The notes below the pieces were generated by a model. It was not told the DNA's origin. It saw only the letters and a program-made list of their open reading frames with translations, and ran no database searches. From Eledone cirrhosa (taxonomy: Eukaryota), in contig CAXHJY010000853.1 of the NCBI GenBank assembly GCA_964016885.1, positions 1-42,000 on the forward strand: a stretch of DNA of 42,000 nucleotides, written 5' to 3'. The translations under genes and the position numbers were made by a program. Shown piece after piece: positions 10,372 through 24,036 of this stretch (positions within the stretch are counted from its first letter, which is position 1; every line of letters begins with the position of its first letter).

Positions 10372-13310
10372 TCACGCCGCACATAGCCAATGAGTGTCTG
10401 CACATGTACCAGTAATTATAGATCGATCCGACCACGGGCGGCCGGCCCGCGATTGAAAAGGTAACTCCGCCGGCAAATCGTCATTTTTGGATTCGTTTTC
10501 TTCGAAGCACACCATTCGCCGGCGGACTTCAGCTTCCGCATTTAGCATGGGCAGCTTTTCTTGAAAATCACACCACACACAGCAAATGTGTGTCTGCACA
10601 TGGACCAGTAATTACAGATCGATCCGACCACAGGCGGCCGGCCCACGATCGAAAAGGTAACTCCGCCGGCAAATTCGCATTTTTGTGATTCGTTTCTTCG
10701 AAGCACACCATTCGATGGTGGACTGCAGCTTCCGCATTTAGCATGGGCAGCTTTTCTTGAAAATCACACCACACACGACCAATGAGTGTCTGCACATATG
10801 CCAGTAATTACAGATCGATCCGACCACGGGCGGCCGGCCCACGATCGAAAAGGTAACTCCGCCGGCAAATTCGCATTTTTGTGATTCGTTTCTTCGAAGC
10901 ACAGCATTCGCTGGTGGACTTAAGCTTCCGCATTTAGCATGGGCAGCTTTTCTTGAAAATCACACCACACACAGCCAATGTGTGTCTGCACATGGACCAG
11001 TAATTACAGATCGATCCGACCATAGGCGGCCGGCCCACGATCGAAAAGGTAACTCCGCCGGCAAATTCGCATTTTTGTGATTCGTTTCTTCGAAGCACAC
11101 CATTCGCTGGTGGACTTCAGCTTCCTCATTTAGCATGGGCAGCTTTTCTTGAAAATCACACCACACACAGCCAATGAGTGTCTGCACATATACCAGTAAT
11201 TACAGATCGATCCGACCACGGGCGGCCGGCCCACGATCGAAAAGGTAACTCCGCCGGCAAATTCGCATTTTTGTGATTCGTTTCTTCGAAGCACACCATT
11301 CGCTGGTGGACTTCAGCTTCCGCATTTAGCATGGGCAACTTTTCTTGAAAATCACACCACACACAGTCAATGAGTGTCTGCACATGGACCAGTAATTATA
11401 GATCGATCCGACCACGGGCGGCCGGCCCGCGATTGAAAAGGTAACTCCGCCGGCAAATCGTCATTTTTGGATTCGTTTTCTTCGAAGCACACCATTCGCC
11501 GGCGGACTTCAGCTTCCGCATTTAGCATGGGCAGCTTTTCTTGAAAATCACACCACACACAGCAAATGTGTGTCTGCACATGGACCAGTAATTACAGATC
11601 GATCCGACCACAGGCGGCCGGCCCACGATCGAAAAGGTAACTCCGCCGGCAAATTCGCATTTTTGTGATTCGTTTCTTCGAAGCACACCATTCGATGGTG
11701 GACTGCAGCTTCCGCATTTAGCATGGGCAGCTTTTCTTGAAAATCACACCACACACGACCAATGAGTGTCTGCACATATGCCAGTAATTACAGATCGATC
11801 CGACCACGGGCGGCCGGCCCACGATCGAAAAGGTAACTCCGCCGGCAAATTCGCATTTTTGTGATTCGTTTCTTCGAAGCACAGCATTCGCTGGTGGACT
11901 TAAGCTTCCGCATTTAGCATGGGCAGCTTTTCTTGAAAATCACACCACACACAGCCAATGTGTGTCTGCACATGGACCAGTAATTACAGATCGATCCGAC
12001 CATAGGCGGCCGGCCCACGATCGAAAAGGTAACTCCGCCGGCAAATTCGCATTTTTGTGATTCGTTTCTTCGAAGCACACCATTCGCTGGTGGACTTCAG
12101 CTTCCTCATTTAGCATGGGCAGCTTTTCTTGAAAATCACACCACACACAGCCAATGAGTGTCTGCACATATACCAGTAATTACAGATCGATCCGACCACG
12201 GGCGGCCGGCCCACGATCGAAAAGGTAACTCCGCCGGCAAATTCGCATTTTTGTGATTCGTTTCTTCGAAGCACACCATTCGCTGGTGGACTTCAGCTTC
12301 CGCATTTAGCATGGGCAGCTTTTTTTGCAAATCACACCACACACGGCAAATGTGTGTCTGCACATGGACCAGTAATTACAGATCGATCCGACCAGAGGCG
12401 GCCGGCCCACGATCGAAAAGGTAACTCCGCCGGCAAATTCGCATTTTTGTGATTCGTTTCTTCGAAGCACAGCATTCACTGGTGGACTTAAGCTTCCGCA
12501 TTTAGCATGGGCAGCTTTTCTTGAAAATCACACCACACACAGCCAATGTGTGTCTGCACATGGACCAGTAATTACAGATCGATCCGACCATAGGCGGCCG
12601 GCCCACGATCGAAAAGGTAACTCCGCCGGCAAATTCGCATTTTTGTGATTCGTTTCTTCGAAGCACACCATTCGCTGGTGGACTTCAGCTTCCGCATTTA
12701 GCATGGGCAACTTTTCTTGAAAATCACACCACACACAGGCAATGAGTGTCTGCACATGTACGAGTAATTACAAATCGATCCGACCACGGGCGGCCGGCCA
12801 CGATCGAAAAGGTAACTCCGCCGGCAAATTCGCATTTTTGTGATTCGTTTCTTCGAAGCACACCATTCGCTGTTGGACTTCAGCTTCCTCATTTAGCATG
12901 GGCAGCTTTTCTTGAAAATCACACCACACACAGCCAATGAGTGTCTGCACATATACCAGTAACTACAGATCGATCCGACCACGGGCGGCCGGCCCACGAT
13001 CGAAAAGGTAACTCCGCCGGCAAATTCGCATTTTTGTGATTCGTTTCTTCGAAGCACACCATTCGCTGGTGGACTTCAGCTTCCGCATTTAGCATGGGCA
13101 GCTTTTTTTGCAAATCACACCACACACGGCAAATGTGTGTCTGCACATGGACCAGTAATTACAGATCGATCCGACCAGAGGCGGCCGGCCCACGATCGAA
13201 AAGGTAACTCCGCCGGCAAATTCGCATTTTTGTGATTCGTTTCTTCGAAGCACACCATTCGCTGGTGGACTTCAGCTTCCGCATTTAGCATGGGCAACTT
13301 TTCTTGAAAA
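10372..13310. repeat. Block of 15 consecutive S-length monomers containing a 980-bp (5-mer) tandem duplication
   Basis: No L tail occurs between 10372 and 13310. Variants repeat at +980: TAATTATA at 10372/11352, CGATGGTGGACTGC at 10568/11548, ACAGCATTCG...ACTTAAGC at 10764/11744, CTTCCTCAT at 10960/11940. Confidence 0.92.
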
Positions 13311-14970
13311 TCACACCACACACAGTCAATGAGTGTCTGCACATGGACCAGTAATTACAGATCGATCCGACCACGGGCGGCCGGCCCGCGATTGAAAAGG
13401 TAACTCCGCCGGCAAATCGTCATTTTTGGATTCGTTTTCTTCGAAGCACACCATTCGCCGGCGGACTTTGTTGACGTTTAACACGGTTTGGTTCCACAGC
13501 CACAACTATTGATGTTACGGAGCTATCTTGCTGAAATTCACGCCGCACATAGCCAATGAGTGTCTGCACATGTACCAGTAATTACAGATCGATCCGACCA
13601 CGGGCGGCCGGCCCGCGATTGAAAAGGTAACTCCGCCGGCAAATCGTCATTTTTGGATTCGTTTTCTTCGAAGCACACCATTCGCCGGCGGACTTTGTTG
13701 ACGTTTAACACGGTTTGGTTCCACAGCCACAACTATTGATTTTACGGAGATATCTTGCTGAAATTCACGCCACACATAGCCAATGTGTGTCTGCACATGT
13801 ACCAGTAATTACAGATCGATCCGAGCACGGGCGGCCGGCCCGCGATTGAAAAGGTAAATCCGCCGGCAAATCGTCATTTTTGGATTCGTTTTCTTCGAAG
13901 CACACCATTCGCCGGCGGACTTCAGCTTCCGCATTTAGCATGGGCAGCTTTTCTTGAAAATCACACCACACACAGCAAATGTGTGTCTGCACATGGACCA
14001 GTAATTACAGATCGATCCGACCACAGGCGGCCGGCCCACGATCGAAAAGGTAACTCCGCCGGCAAATTCGCATTTTTGTGATTCGTTTCTTCGAAGCACA
14101 CCATTCGCTGGTGGACTTCAGCTTCCGCATTTAGCATGGGCAACTTTTCTTGAAAATCACACCACACACAGGCAATGAGTGTCTGCACATGTACGAGTAA
14201 TTACAAATCGATCCGACCACGGGCGGCCGGCCACGATCGAAACGGTAACTCCGCCGGCAAATTCGCATTTTTGTGATTCGTTTCTTCGAAGCACACCATT
14301 CGCTGGTGGACTTCAGCTTCCTCATTTAGCATGGGCAGCTTTTCTTGAAAATCACACCACCCACAGCCAATGAGTGTCTGCACATATACCAGTAATTACA
14401 GATCGATCCGACCACGGGCGGCCGGCCCACGATCGAAAAGGTAACTCCGCCGGCAAATTCGCATTTTTGTGATTCGTTTCTTCGAAGCACACCATTCGCT
14501 GGTGGACTTCAGCTTCCGCATTTAGCATAGGCAACTTTTCTTGAAAATCACACCACACACGGCAAATGTGTGTCTGCACATGGACCAGTAATTACAGATC
14601 GATCCGACCAGAGGCGGCCGGCCCACGATCGAAAAGGTAACTCCGCCGGCAAATTCGCATTTTTGTGATTCGTTACTTCGAAGCACACCATTCGCTGGTG
14701 GACTTCAGCTTCCGCATTTAGCATGGGCAACTTTTCTTGAAAATCACACCACACACAGTCAATGAGTGTCTGCACATGGACCAGTAATTACAGATCGATC
14801 CGACCACGGGCGGCCGGCCCGCGATTGAAAAGGTAACTCCGCCGGCAAATCGTCATTTTTGGATTCGTTTTCTTCGAAGCACACCATTCGCCGGCGGACT
14901 TTGTTGACGTTTAACACGGTTTGGTTCCACAGCCACAACTATTGATGTTACGGAGATATCTTGCTGAAAT

Positions 14971-17900
14971 TCACGCCGCACATAGCCAATGAGTGTCTGC
15001 ACATGTACCAGTAATTACAGATCGATCCGACCACGGGCGGCCGGCCCGCGATTGAAAAGGTAACTCCGCCGGCAAATCGTCATTTTTGGATTCGTTTTCT
15101 TCGAAGCACACCATTCGCCGGCGGACTTTGTTGACGTTTAACACGGTTTGGTTCCACAGCCACAACTATTGATTTTACGGAGATATCTTGCTGAAATTCA
15201 CGCCGCACATAGCCAATGAGGGTCTGCACATGTACCAGTAATTACAGATCGATCCGACCACGGGCGGCCGGCCCGCGATTGAAAAGGTAACTCCGCCGGC
15301 AAATCGTCATTTTTGGATTCGTTTTCTTCGAAGCACACCATTCGCCGGCGGACTTTGTTGACGTTTAACACGGTTTGGTTCCACAGCCACAACTATTGAT
15401 TTTACGGAGATATCTTGCTGAAATTCACGCCGCACATAGCCAATGAGTGTCTGCACATGTACCAGTAATTACAGATCGATCCGACCACGGGCGGCCGGCC
15501 CGCGATTGAAAAGGTAACTCCGCCGGCAAATCGTCATTTTTGGATTCGTTTTCTTCGAAGCACACCATTCGCCGGCGGACTTTGTTGACGTTTAACACGG
15601 TTTGGTTCCACAGCCACAACTATTGATTTTACGGAGATATCTTGCTGAAATTCACGCCACACATAGCCAATGTGTGTCTGCACATGTACCAGTAATTACA
15701 GATCGATCCGATCACGGGCGGCCGGCCCGCGATTGAAAAGGTAACTCCGCCGGCAAATCGTCATTTTTGGATTCGTTTTCTTCGAAGCACACCATTCGCC
15801 GGCGGACTTTGTTGACGTTTAACACGGTTTGGTTCCACAGCCACAACTATTGATTTTACGGAGATATCTTGCTGAAATTCACGCCACACATAGCCAATGA
15901 GTGTCTGCACATGTACCAGTAATTACAGATCGATCCGACCACGGGCGGCCGGCCCGCGATTGAAAAGGTAACTCCGCCGGCAAATCGTCATTTTTGGATT
16001 CGTTTTCTTCGAAGCACACCATTCGCCGGCGGACTTTGTTGACGTTTAACACGGTTTGGTTCCACAGCCACAACTATTGAATTTACGGAGATATCTTGCT
16101 GAAATTCACGCCACACATAGCCAATGAGTGTCTGCACATGTACCAGTAATTACAGATCGATCCGAGCACGGGCGGCCGGCCCGCGATTGAAAAGGTAACT
16201 CCGCCGGCAAATCGTCATTTTTGGATTCGTTTTCTTCGAAGCACACCATTCGCCGGCGGACTTCAGCTTCCGCATTTAGCATGGGCAGCTTTTCTTGAAA
16301 ATCACACCACACACAGCAAATGTGTGTCTGCACATGGACCAGTAATTACAGATCGATCCGACCACAGGCGGCCGGCCCACGATCGAAAAGGTAACTCCGC
16401 CGGCAAATTCGCATTTTTGTGATTCGTTTCTTCGAAGCACAGCATTCGCTGGTGGACTTCAGCTTCCGCATTTAGCATGGGCAGCTTTTCTTGAAAATCA
16501 CACCACACACAGCCAATGTGTGTCTGCACGTGGACCAGTAATTACAGATCGATCCGACCATAGGCGGCCGGCCCACGATCGAAAAGGTAACTCCGCCGGC
16601 AAATTCGCATTTTTGTGATTCGTTTCTTCGAAGCACACCATTCGCTGGTGGACTTCAGCTTCCGCATTTAGCATGGGCAACTTTTCTTGAAAATCACACC
16701 ACACACAGGCAATGAGGGTCTGCACATGTACGAGTAATTACAAATCGATCCGACCACGGGCGGCCGGCCACGATCGAAAAGGTAACTCCGCCGGCAAATT
16801 CGCATTTTTGTGATTCGTTTCTTCGAAGCACACCATTCGCTGGTGGACTTCAGCTTCCTCATTTAGCATGGGCAGCTTTTCTTGAAAATCACACCACACA
16901 CAGCCAATGAGTGTCTGCACATATACCAGTAATTACAGATCGATCCGACCACGGGCGGCCGGCCCACGATCGAAAAGGTAACTCCGCCGGCAAATTCGCA
17001 TTTTTGTGATTCGTTTCTTCGAAGCACACCATTCGCTGGTGGACTTCAGCTTCCGCATTTAGCATGGGCAACGTTTCTTGAAAATCACACCACACACAGT
17101 CAATGAGTGTCTGCACATGGACCAGTAATTACAGATCGATCCGACCACGGGCGGCCGGCCCGCGATTGAAAAGGTAACTCCGCCGGCAAATCGTCATTTT
17201 TGGATTCGTTTTCTTCGAAGCACACCATTCGCCGGCGGACTTTGTTGACGTTTAACACGGTTTGGTTCCACAGCCACAACTATTGATGTTACGGAGCTAT
17301 CTTGCTGAAATTCACGCCGCACATAGCCAATGAGTGTCTGCACATGTACCAGTAATTACAGATCGATCCGACCACGGGCGGCCGGCCCGCGATTGAAAAG
17401 GTAACTCCGCCGGCAAATCGTCATTTTTGGATTCGTTTTCTTCGAAGCACACCATTCGCCGGCGGACTTTGTTGACGTTTAACACGGTTTGGTTCCACAG
17501 CCACAACTATTGATTTTACGGAGATATCTTGCTGAAATTCACGCCGCACATAGCCAATGAGTGTCTGCACATGTACCAGTAATTACAGATCGATCCGACC
17601 ACGGGCGGCCGGCCCGCGATTGAAAAGGTAACTCCGCCGGCAAATCGTCATTTTTGGATTCGTTTTCTTCGAAGCACACCATTCGCCGGCGGACTTTGTT
17701 GACGTTTAACACGGTTTGGTTCCACAGCCACAACTATTGATTTTACGGAGATATCTTGCTGAAATTCACGCCACACATAGCCAATGTGTGTCTGCACATG
17801 TACCAGTAATTACAGATCGATCCGATCACGGGCGGCCGGCCCGCGATTGAAAAGGTAACTCCGCCGGCAAATCGTCATTTTTGGATTCGTTTTCTTCGAA

Positions 17901-20900
17901 GCACACCATTCGCCGGCGGACTTTGTTGACGTTTAACACGGTTTGGTTCCACAGCCACAACTATTGATGTTACGGAGATATCTTGCTGAAATTCACGCCG
18001 CACATAGCCAATGAGTGTCTGCACATGTACCAGTAATTACAGATCGATCCGACCACGGGCGGCCGGCCCGCGATTGAAAAGGTAACTCCGCCGGCAAATC
18101 GTCATTTTTGGATTCGTTTTCTTCGAAGCACACCATTCGCCGGCGGACTTTGTTGACGTTTAACACGGTTTGGTTCCACAGCCACAACTATTGATTTTAC
18201 GGAGATATCTTGCTGAAATTCACGCCGCACATAGCCAATGAGGGTCTGCACATGTACCAGTAATTACAGATCGATCCGACCACGGGCGGCCGGCCCGCGA
18301 TTGAAAAGGTAACTCCGCCGGCAAATCGTCATTTTTGGATTCGTTTTCTTCGAAGAACACCATTCGCCGGCGGACTTTGTTGACGTTTAACACGGTTTGG
18401 TTCCACAGCCACAACTATTGATTTTACGGAGATATCTTGCTGAAATTCACGCCGCACATAGCCAATGAGTGTCTGCACATGTACCAGTAATTACAGATCG
18501 ATCCGACCACGGGCGGCCGGCCCGCGATTGAAAAGGTAACTCCGCCGGCAAATCGTCATTTTTGGATTCGTTTTCTTCGAAGCACACCATTCGCCGGCGG
18601 ACTTTGTTGACGTTTAACACGGTTTGGTTCCACAGCCACAACTATTGATTTTACGGAGATATCTTGCTGAAATTCACGCCACACATAGCCAATGTGTGTC
18701 TGCACATGTACCAGTAATTACAGATCGATCCGATCACGGGCGGCCGGCCCGCGATTGAAAAGGTAACTCCGCCGGCAAATCGTCATTTTTGGATTCGTTT
18801 TCTTCGAAGCACACCATTCGCCGGCGGACTTTGTTGACGTTTAACACGGTTTGGTTCCACAGCCACAACTATTGATTTTACGGAGATATCTTGCTGAAAT
18901 TCACGCCACACATAGCCAATGAGTGTCTGCACATGTACCAGTAATTACAGATCGATCCGACCACGGGCGGCCGGCCCGCGATTGAAAAGGTAACTCCGCC
19001 GGCAAATCGTCATTTTTGGATTCGTTTTCTTCGAAGCACACCATTCGCCGGCGGACTTTGTTGACGTTTAACACGGTTTGGTTCCACAGCCACAACTATT
19101 GAATTTACGGAGATATCTTGCTGAAATTCACGCCACACATAGCCAATGAGTGTCTGCACATGTACCAGTAATTACAGATCGATCCGAGCACGGGCGGCCG
19201 GCCCGCGATTGAAAAGGTAACTCCGCCGGCAAATCGTCATTTTTGGATTCGTTTTCTTCGAAGCACACCATTCGCCGGCGGACTTCAGCTTCCGCATTTA
19301 GCATGGGCAGCTTTTCTTGAAAATCACACCACACACAGCAAATGTGTGTCTGCACATTGACCAGTAATTACAGATCGATCCGACCACAGGCGGCCGGCCC
19401 ACGATCGAAAAGGTAACTCCGCCGGCAAATTCGCATTTTTGTGATTCGTTTCTTCGAAGCACAGCATTCGCTGGTGGACTTCAGCTTCCGCATTTAGCAT
19501 GGGCAGCTTTTCTTGAAAATCACACCACACACAGCCAATGTGTGTCTGCACGTGGACCAGTAATTACAGATCGATCCGACCATAGGCGGCCGGCCCACGA
19601 TCGAAAAGGTAACTCCGCCGGCAAATTCGCATTTTTGTGATTCGTTTCTTCGAAGCACACCATTCGCTGGTGGACTTCAGCTTCCGCATTTAGCATGGGC
19701 AACTTTTCTTGAAAATCACACCACACACAGGCAATGAGTGTCTGCACATGTACGAGTAATTACAAATCGATCCGACCACGGGCGGCCGGCCACGATCGAA
19801 AAGGTAACTCCGCCGGCAAATTCGCATTTTTGTGATTCGTTTCTTCGAAGCACACCATTCGCTGGTGGACTTCAGCTTCCTCATTTAGCATGGGCAGCTT
19901 TTCTTGAAAATCACACCACACACAGCCAATGAGTGTCTGCACAGATACCAGTAATTACAGATCGATCCGACCACGGGCGGCCGGCCCACGATCGAAAAGG
20001 TAACTCCGCCGGCAAATTCGCATTTTTGTGATTCGTTTCTTCGAAGCACACCATTCGCTGGTGGACTTCAGCTTCCGCATTTAGCATGGGCAACGTTTCT
20101 TGAAAATCACACCACACACAGTCAATGAGTGTCTGCACATGGACCAGTAATTACAGATCGATCCGACCACGGGCGGCCGGCCCGCGATTGAAAAGGTAAC
20201 TCCGCCGGCAAATCGTCATTTTTGGATTCGTTTTCTTCGAAGCACACCATTCGCCGGCGGACTTTGTTGACGTTTAACACGGTTTGGTTCCACAGCCACA
20301 ACTATTGATGTTACGGAGCTATCTTGCTGAAATTCACGCCGCACATAGCCAATGAGTGTCTGCACATGTACCAGTAATTACAGATCGATCCGACCACGGG
20401 CGGCCGGCCCGCGATTGAAAAGGTAACTCCGCCGGCAAATCGTCATTTTTGGATTCGTTTTCTTCGAAGCACACCATTCGCCGGCGGACTTTGTTGACGT
20501 TTAACACGGTTTGGTTCCACAGCCACAACTATTGATTTTACGGAGATATCTTGCTGAAATTCACGCCGCACATAGCCAATGAGTGTCTGCACATGTACCA
20601 GTAATTACAGATCGATCCGACCACGGGCGGCCGGCCCGCGATTGAAAAGGTAACTCCGCCGGCAAATCGTCATTTTTGGATTCGTTTTCTTCGAAGCACA
20701 CCATTCGCCGGCGGACTTTGTTGACGTTTAACACGGTTTGGTTCCACAGCCACAACTATTGATTTTACGGAGATATCTTGCTGAAATTCACGCCACACAT
20801 AGCCAATGTGTGTCTGCACATGTACCAGTAATTACAGATCGATCCGATCACGGGCGGCCGGCCCGCGATTGAAAAGGTAACTCCGCCGGCAAATCGTCAT

Positions 20901-23809
20901 TTTTGGATTCGTTTTCTTCGAAGCACACCATTCGCCGGCGGACTTTGTTGACGTTTAACACGGTTTGGTTCCACAGCCACAACTATTGATTTTACGGAGA
21001 TATCTTGCTGAAATTCACGCCACACATAGCCAATGAGTGTCTGCACATGTACCAGTAATTACAGATCGATCCGACCACGGGCGGCCGGCCCGCGATTGAA
21101 AAGGTAACTCCGCAGGCAAATCGTCATATTTGGATTCGTTTTCTTCGAAGCACACCATTCGCCGGCGGACTTTGTTGACGTTTAACACGGTTTGGTTCCA
21201 CAGCCACAACTATTGATTTTACGGAGATATCTTGCTGAAATTCACGCCGCACATAGCCAATGAGGGTCTGCACATGTACCAGTAATTACAGATCGATCCG
21301 ACCACGGGCGGCCGGCCCGCGATTGAAAAGGTAACTCCGCCGGCAAATCGTCATTTTTGGATTCGTTTTCTTCGAAGCACACCATTCGCCGGCGGACTTT
21401 GTTGACGTTTAACACGGTTTGGTTCCACAGCCACAACTATTGATTTGACGGAGATATCTTGCTGAAATTCACGCCGCACATAGCCAATGAGTGTCTGCAC
21501 ATGTACCAGTAATTACAGATCGATCCGACCACGGGCGGCCGGCCCGCGATTGAAAAGGTAACTCCGCCGGCAAATCGTCATTTTTGGATTCGTTTTCTTC
21601 GAAGCACACCATTCGCCGGCGGACTTTGTTGACGTTTAACACGGTTTGGTTCCACAGCCACAACTATTGATTTTACGGAGATATCTTGCTGAAATTCACG
21701 CCACACATAGCCAATGTGTGTCTGCACATGTACCAGTAATTACAGATCGATCCGATCACGGGCGGCCGGCCCGCGATTGAAAAGGTAACTCCGCCGGCAA
21801 ATCGTCATTTTTGGATTCGTTTTCTTCGAAGCACACCATTCGCCGGCGGACTTTGTTGACGTTTAACACGGTTTGGTTCCACAGCCACAACTATTGATTT
21901 TACGGAGATATCTTGCTGAAATTCACGCCACACATAGCCAATGAGTGTCTGCACATGTACCAGTAATTACAGATCGATCCGACCACGGGCGGCCGGCCCG
22001 CGATTGAAAAGGTAACTCCGCCGGCAAATCGTCATTTTTGGATTCGTTTTCTTCGAAGCACACCATTCGCCGGCGGACTTTGTTGACGTTTAACACGGTT
22101 TGGTTCCACAGCCACAACTATTGAATTTACGGAGATATCTTGCTGAAATTCACGCCACACATAGCCAATGAGTGTCTGCACATGTACCAGTAATTACAGA
22201 TCGATCCGAGCACGGGCGGCCGGCCCGCGATTGAAAAGGTAACTCCGCCGGCAAATCGTCATTTTTGGATTCGTTTTCTTCGAAGCACACCATTCGCCGG
22301 CGGACTTCAGCTTCCGCATTTAGCATGGGCAGCTTTTCTTGAAAATCACACCACACACAGCAAATGTGTGTCTGCACATGGACCAGTAATTACAGATCGA
22401 TCCGACCACAGGCGGCCGGCCCACGATCGAAAAGGTAACTCCGCCGGCAAATTAGCATTTTTGTGATTCGTTTCTTCGAAGCACAGCATTCGCTGGTGGA
22501 CTTCAGCTTCCGCATTTAGCATGGGCAGCTTTTCTTGAAAATCACACCACACACAGCCAATGTGTGTCTGCACGTGGACCAGTAATTACAGATCGATCCG
22601 ACCATAGGCGGCCGGCCCACGATCGAAAAGGTAACTCCGCCGGCAAATTCGCATTTTTGTGATTCGTTTCTTCGAAGCACACCATTCGCTGGTGGACTTC
22701 AGCTTCCGCATTTAGCATGGGCAACTTTTCTTGAAAATCACACCACACACAGGCAATGAGTGTCTGCACATGTACGAGTAATTACAAATCGATCCGACCA
22801 CGGGCGGCCGGCCACGATCGAAAAGGTAACTCCGCCGGCAAATTCGCATTTTTGTGATTCGTTTCTTCGAAGCACACCATTCGCTGGTGGACTTCAGCTT
22901 CCTCATTTAGCATGGGCAGCTTTTCTTGAAAATCACACCACACACAGCCAATGAGTGTCTGCACATATACCAGTAATTACAGATCGATCCGACCACGGGC
23001 GGCCGGCCCACGATCGAAAAGGTAACTCCGCCGGCAAATTCGCATTTTTGTGATTCGTTTCTTCGAAGCACACCATTCGCTGGTGGACTTCAGCTTCCGC
23101 ATTTAGCATGGGCAACGTTTCTTGAAAATCACACCACACACAGTCAATGAGTGTCTGCACATGGACCAGTAATTACAGATCGATCCGACCACGGGCGGCC
23201 GGCCCGCGATTGAAAAGGTAACTCCGCCGGCAAATCGTCATTTTTGGATTCGTTTTCTTCGAAGCACACCATTCGCCGGCGGACTTTGTTGACGTTTAAC
23301 ACGGTTTGGTTCCACAGCCACAACTATTGATGTTACGGAGCTATCTTGCTGAAATTCACGCCGCACATAGCCAATGAGTGTCTGCACATGTACCAGTAAT
23401 TACAGATCGATCCGACCACGGGCGGCCGGCCCGCGATTGAAAAGGTAACTCCGCCGGCAAATCGTCATTTTTGGATTCGTTTTCTTCGAAGCACACCATT
23501 CGCCGGCGGACTTTGTTGACGTTTAACACGGTTTGGTTCCACAGCCACAACTATTGATTTTACGGAGATATCTTGCTGAAATTCACGCCACACATAGCCA
23601 ATGTGTGTCTGCACATGTACCAGTAATTACAGATCGATCCGATCACGGGCGGCCGGCCCGCGATTGAAAAGGTAACTCCGCCGGCAAATCGTCATTTTTG
23701 GATTCGTTTTCTTCGAAGCACACCATTCGCCGGCGGACTTTGTTGACGTTTAACACGGTTTGGTTCCACAGCCACAACTATTGATTTTACGGAGATATCT
23801 TGCTGAAAT
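14971..23809. repeat. Higher-order repeat 2: about three copies of a 3022-bp 14-mer (9 L + 5 S, one S being 195 bp)
   Basis: S blocks start at 16106, 19128 and 22150 (spacing 3022 = 9x227 + 4x196 + 195). Private variants recur at this period: GAGGGTCTG in 15198/18220/21242, GCACGTGG in 16498/19520/22542, CAACGTTTC in 16889/19911/22933. Confidence 0.95.
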
Positions 23810-24036
23810 TCACGCCACACATAGCCAATGAGTGTCTGCACATGTACCAGTAATTACAGATCGATCCGACCACGGGCGGCCGGCCCGCGATTGAAAAGGT
23901 AACTCCGCAGGCAAATCGTCATATTTGGATTCGTTTTCTTCGAAGCACACCATTCGCCGGCGGACTTTGTTGACGTTTAACACGGTTTGGTTCCACAGCC
24001 ACAACTATTGAATTTACGGAGATATCTTGCTGAAAC

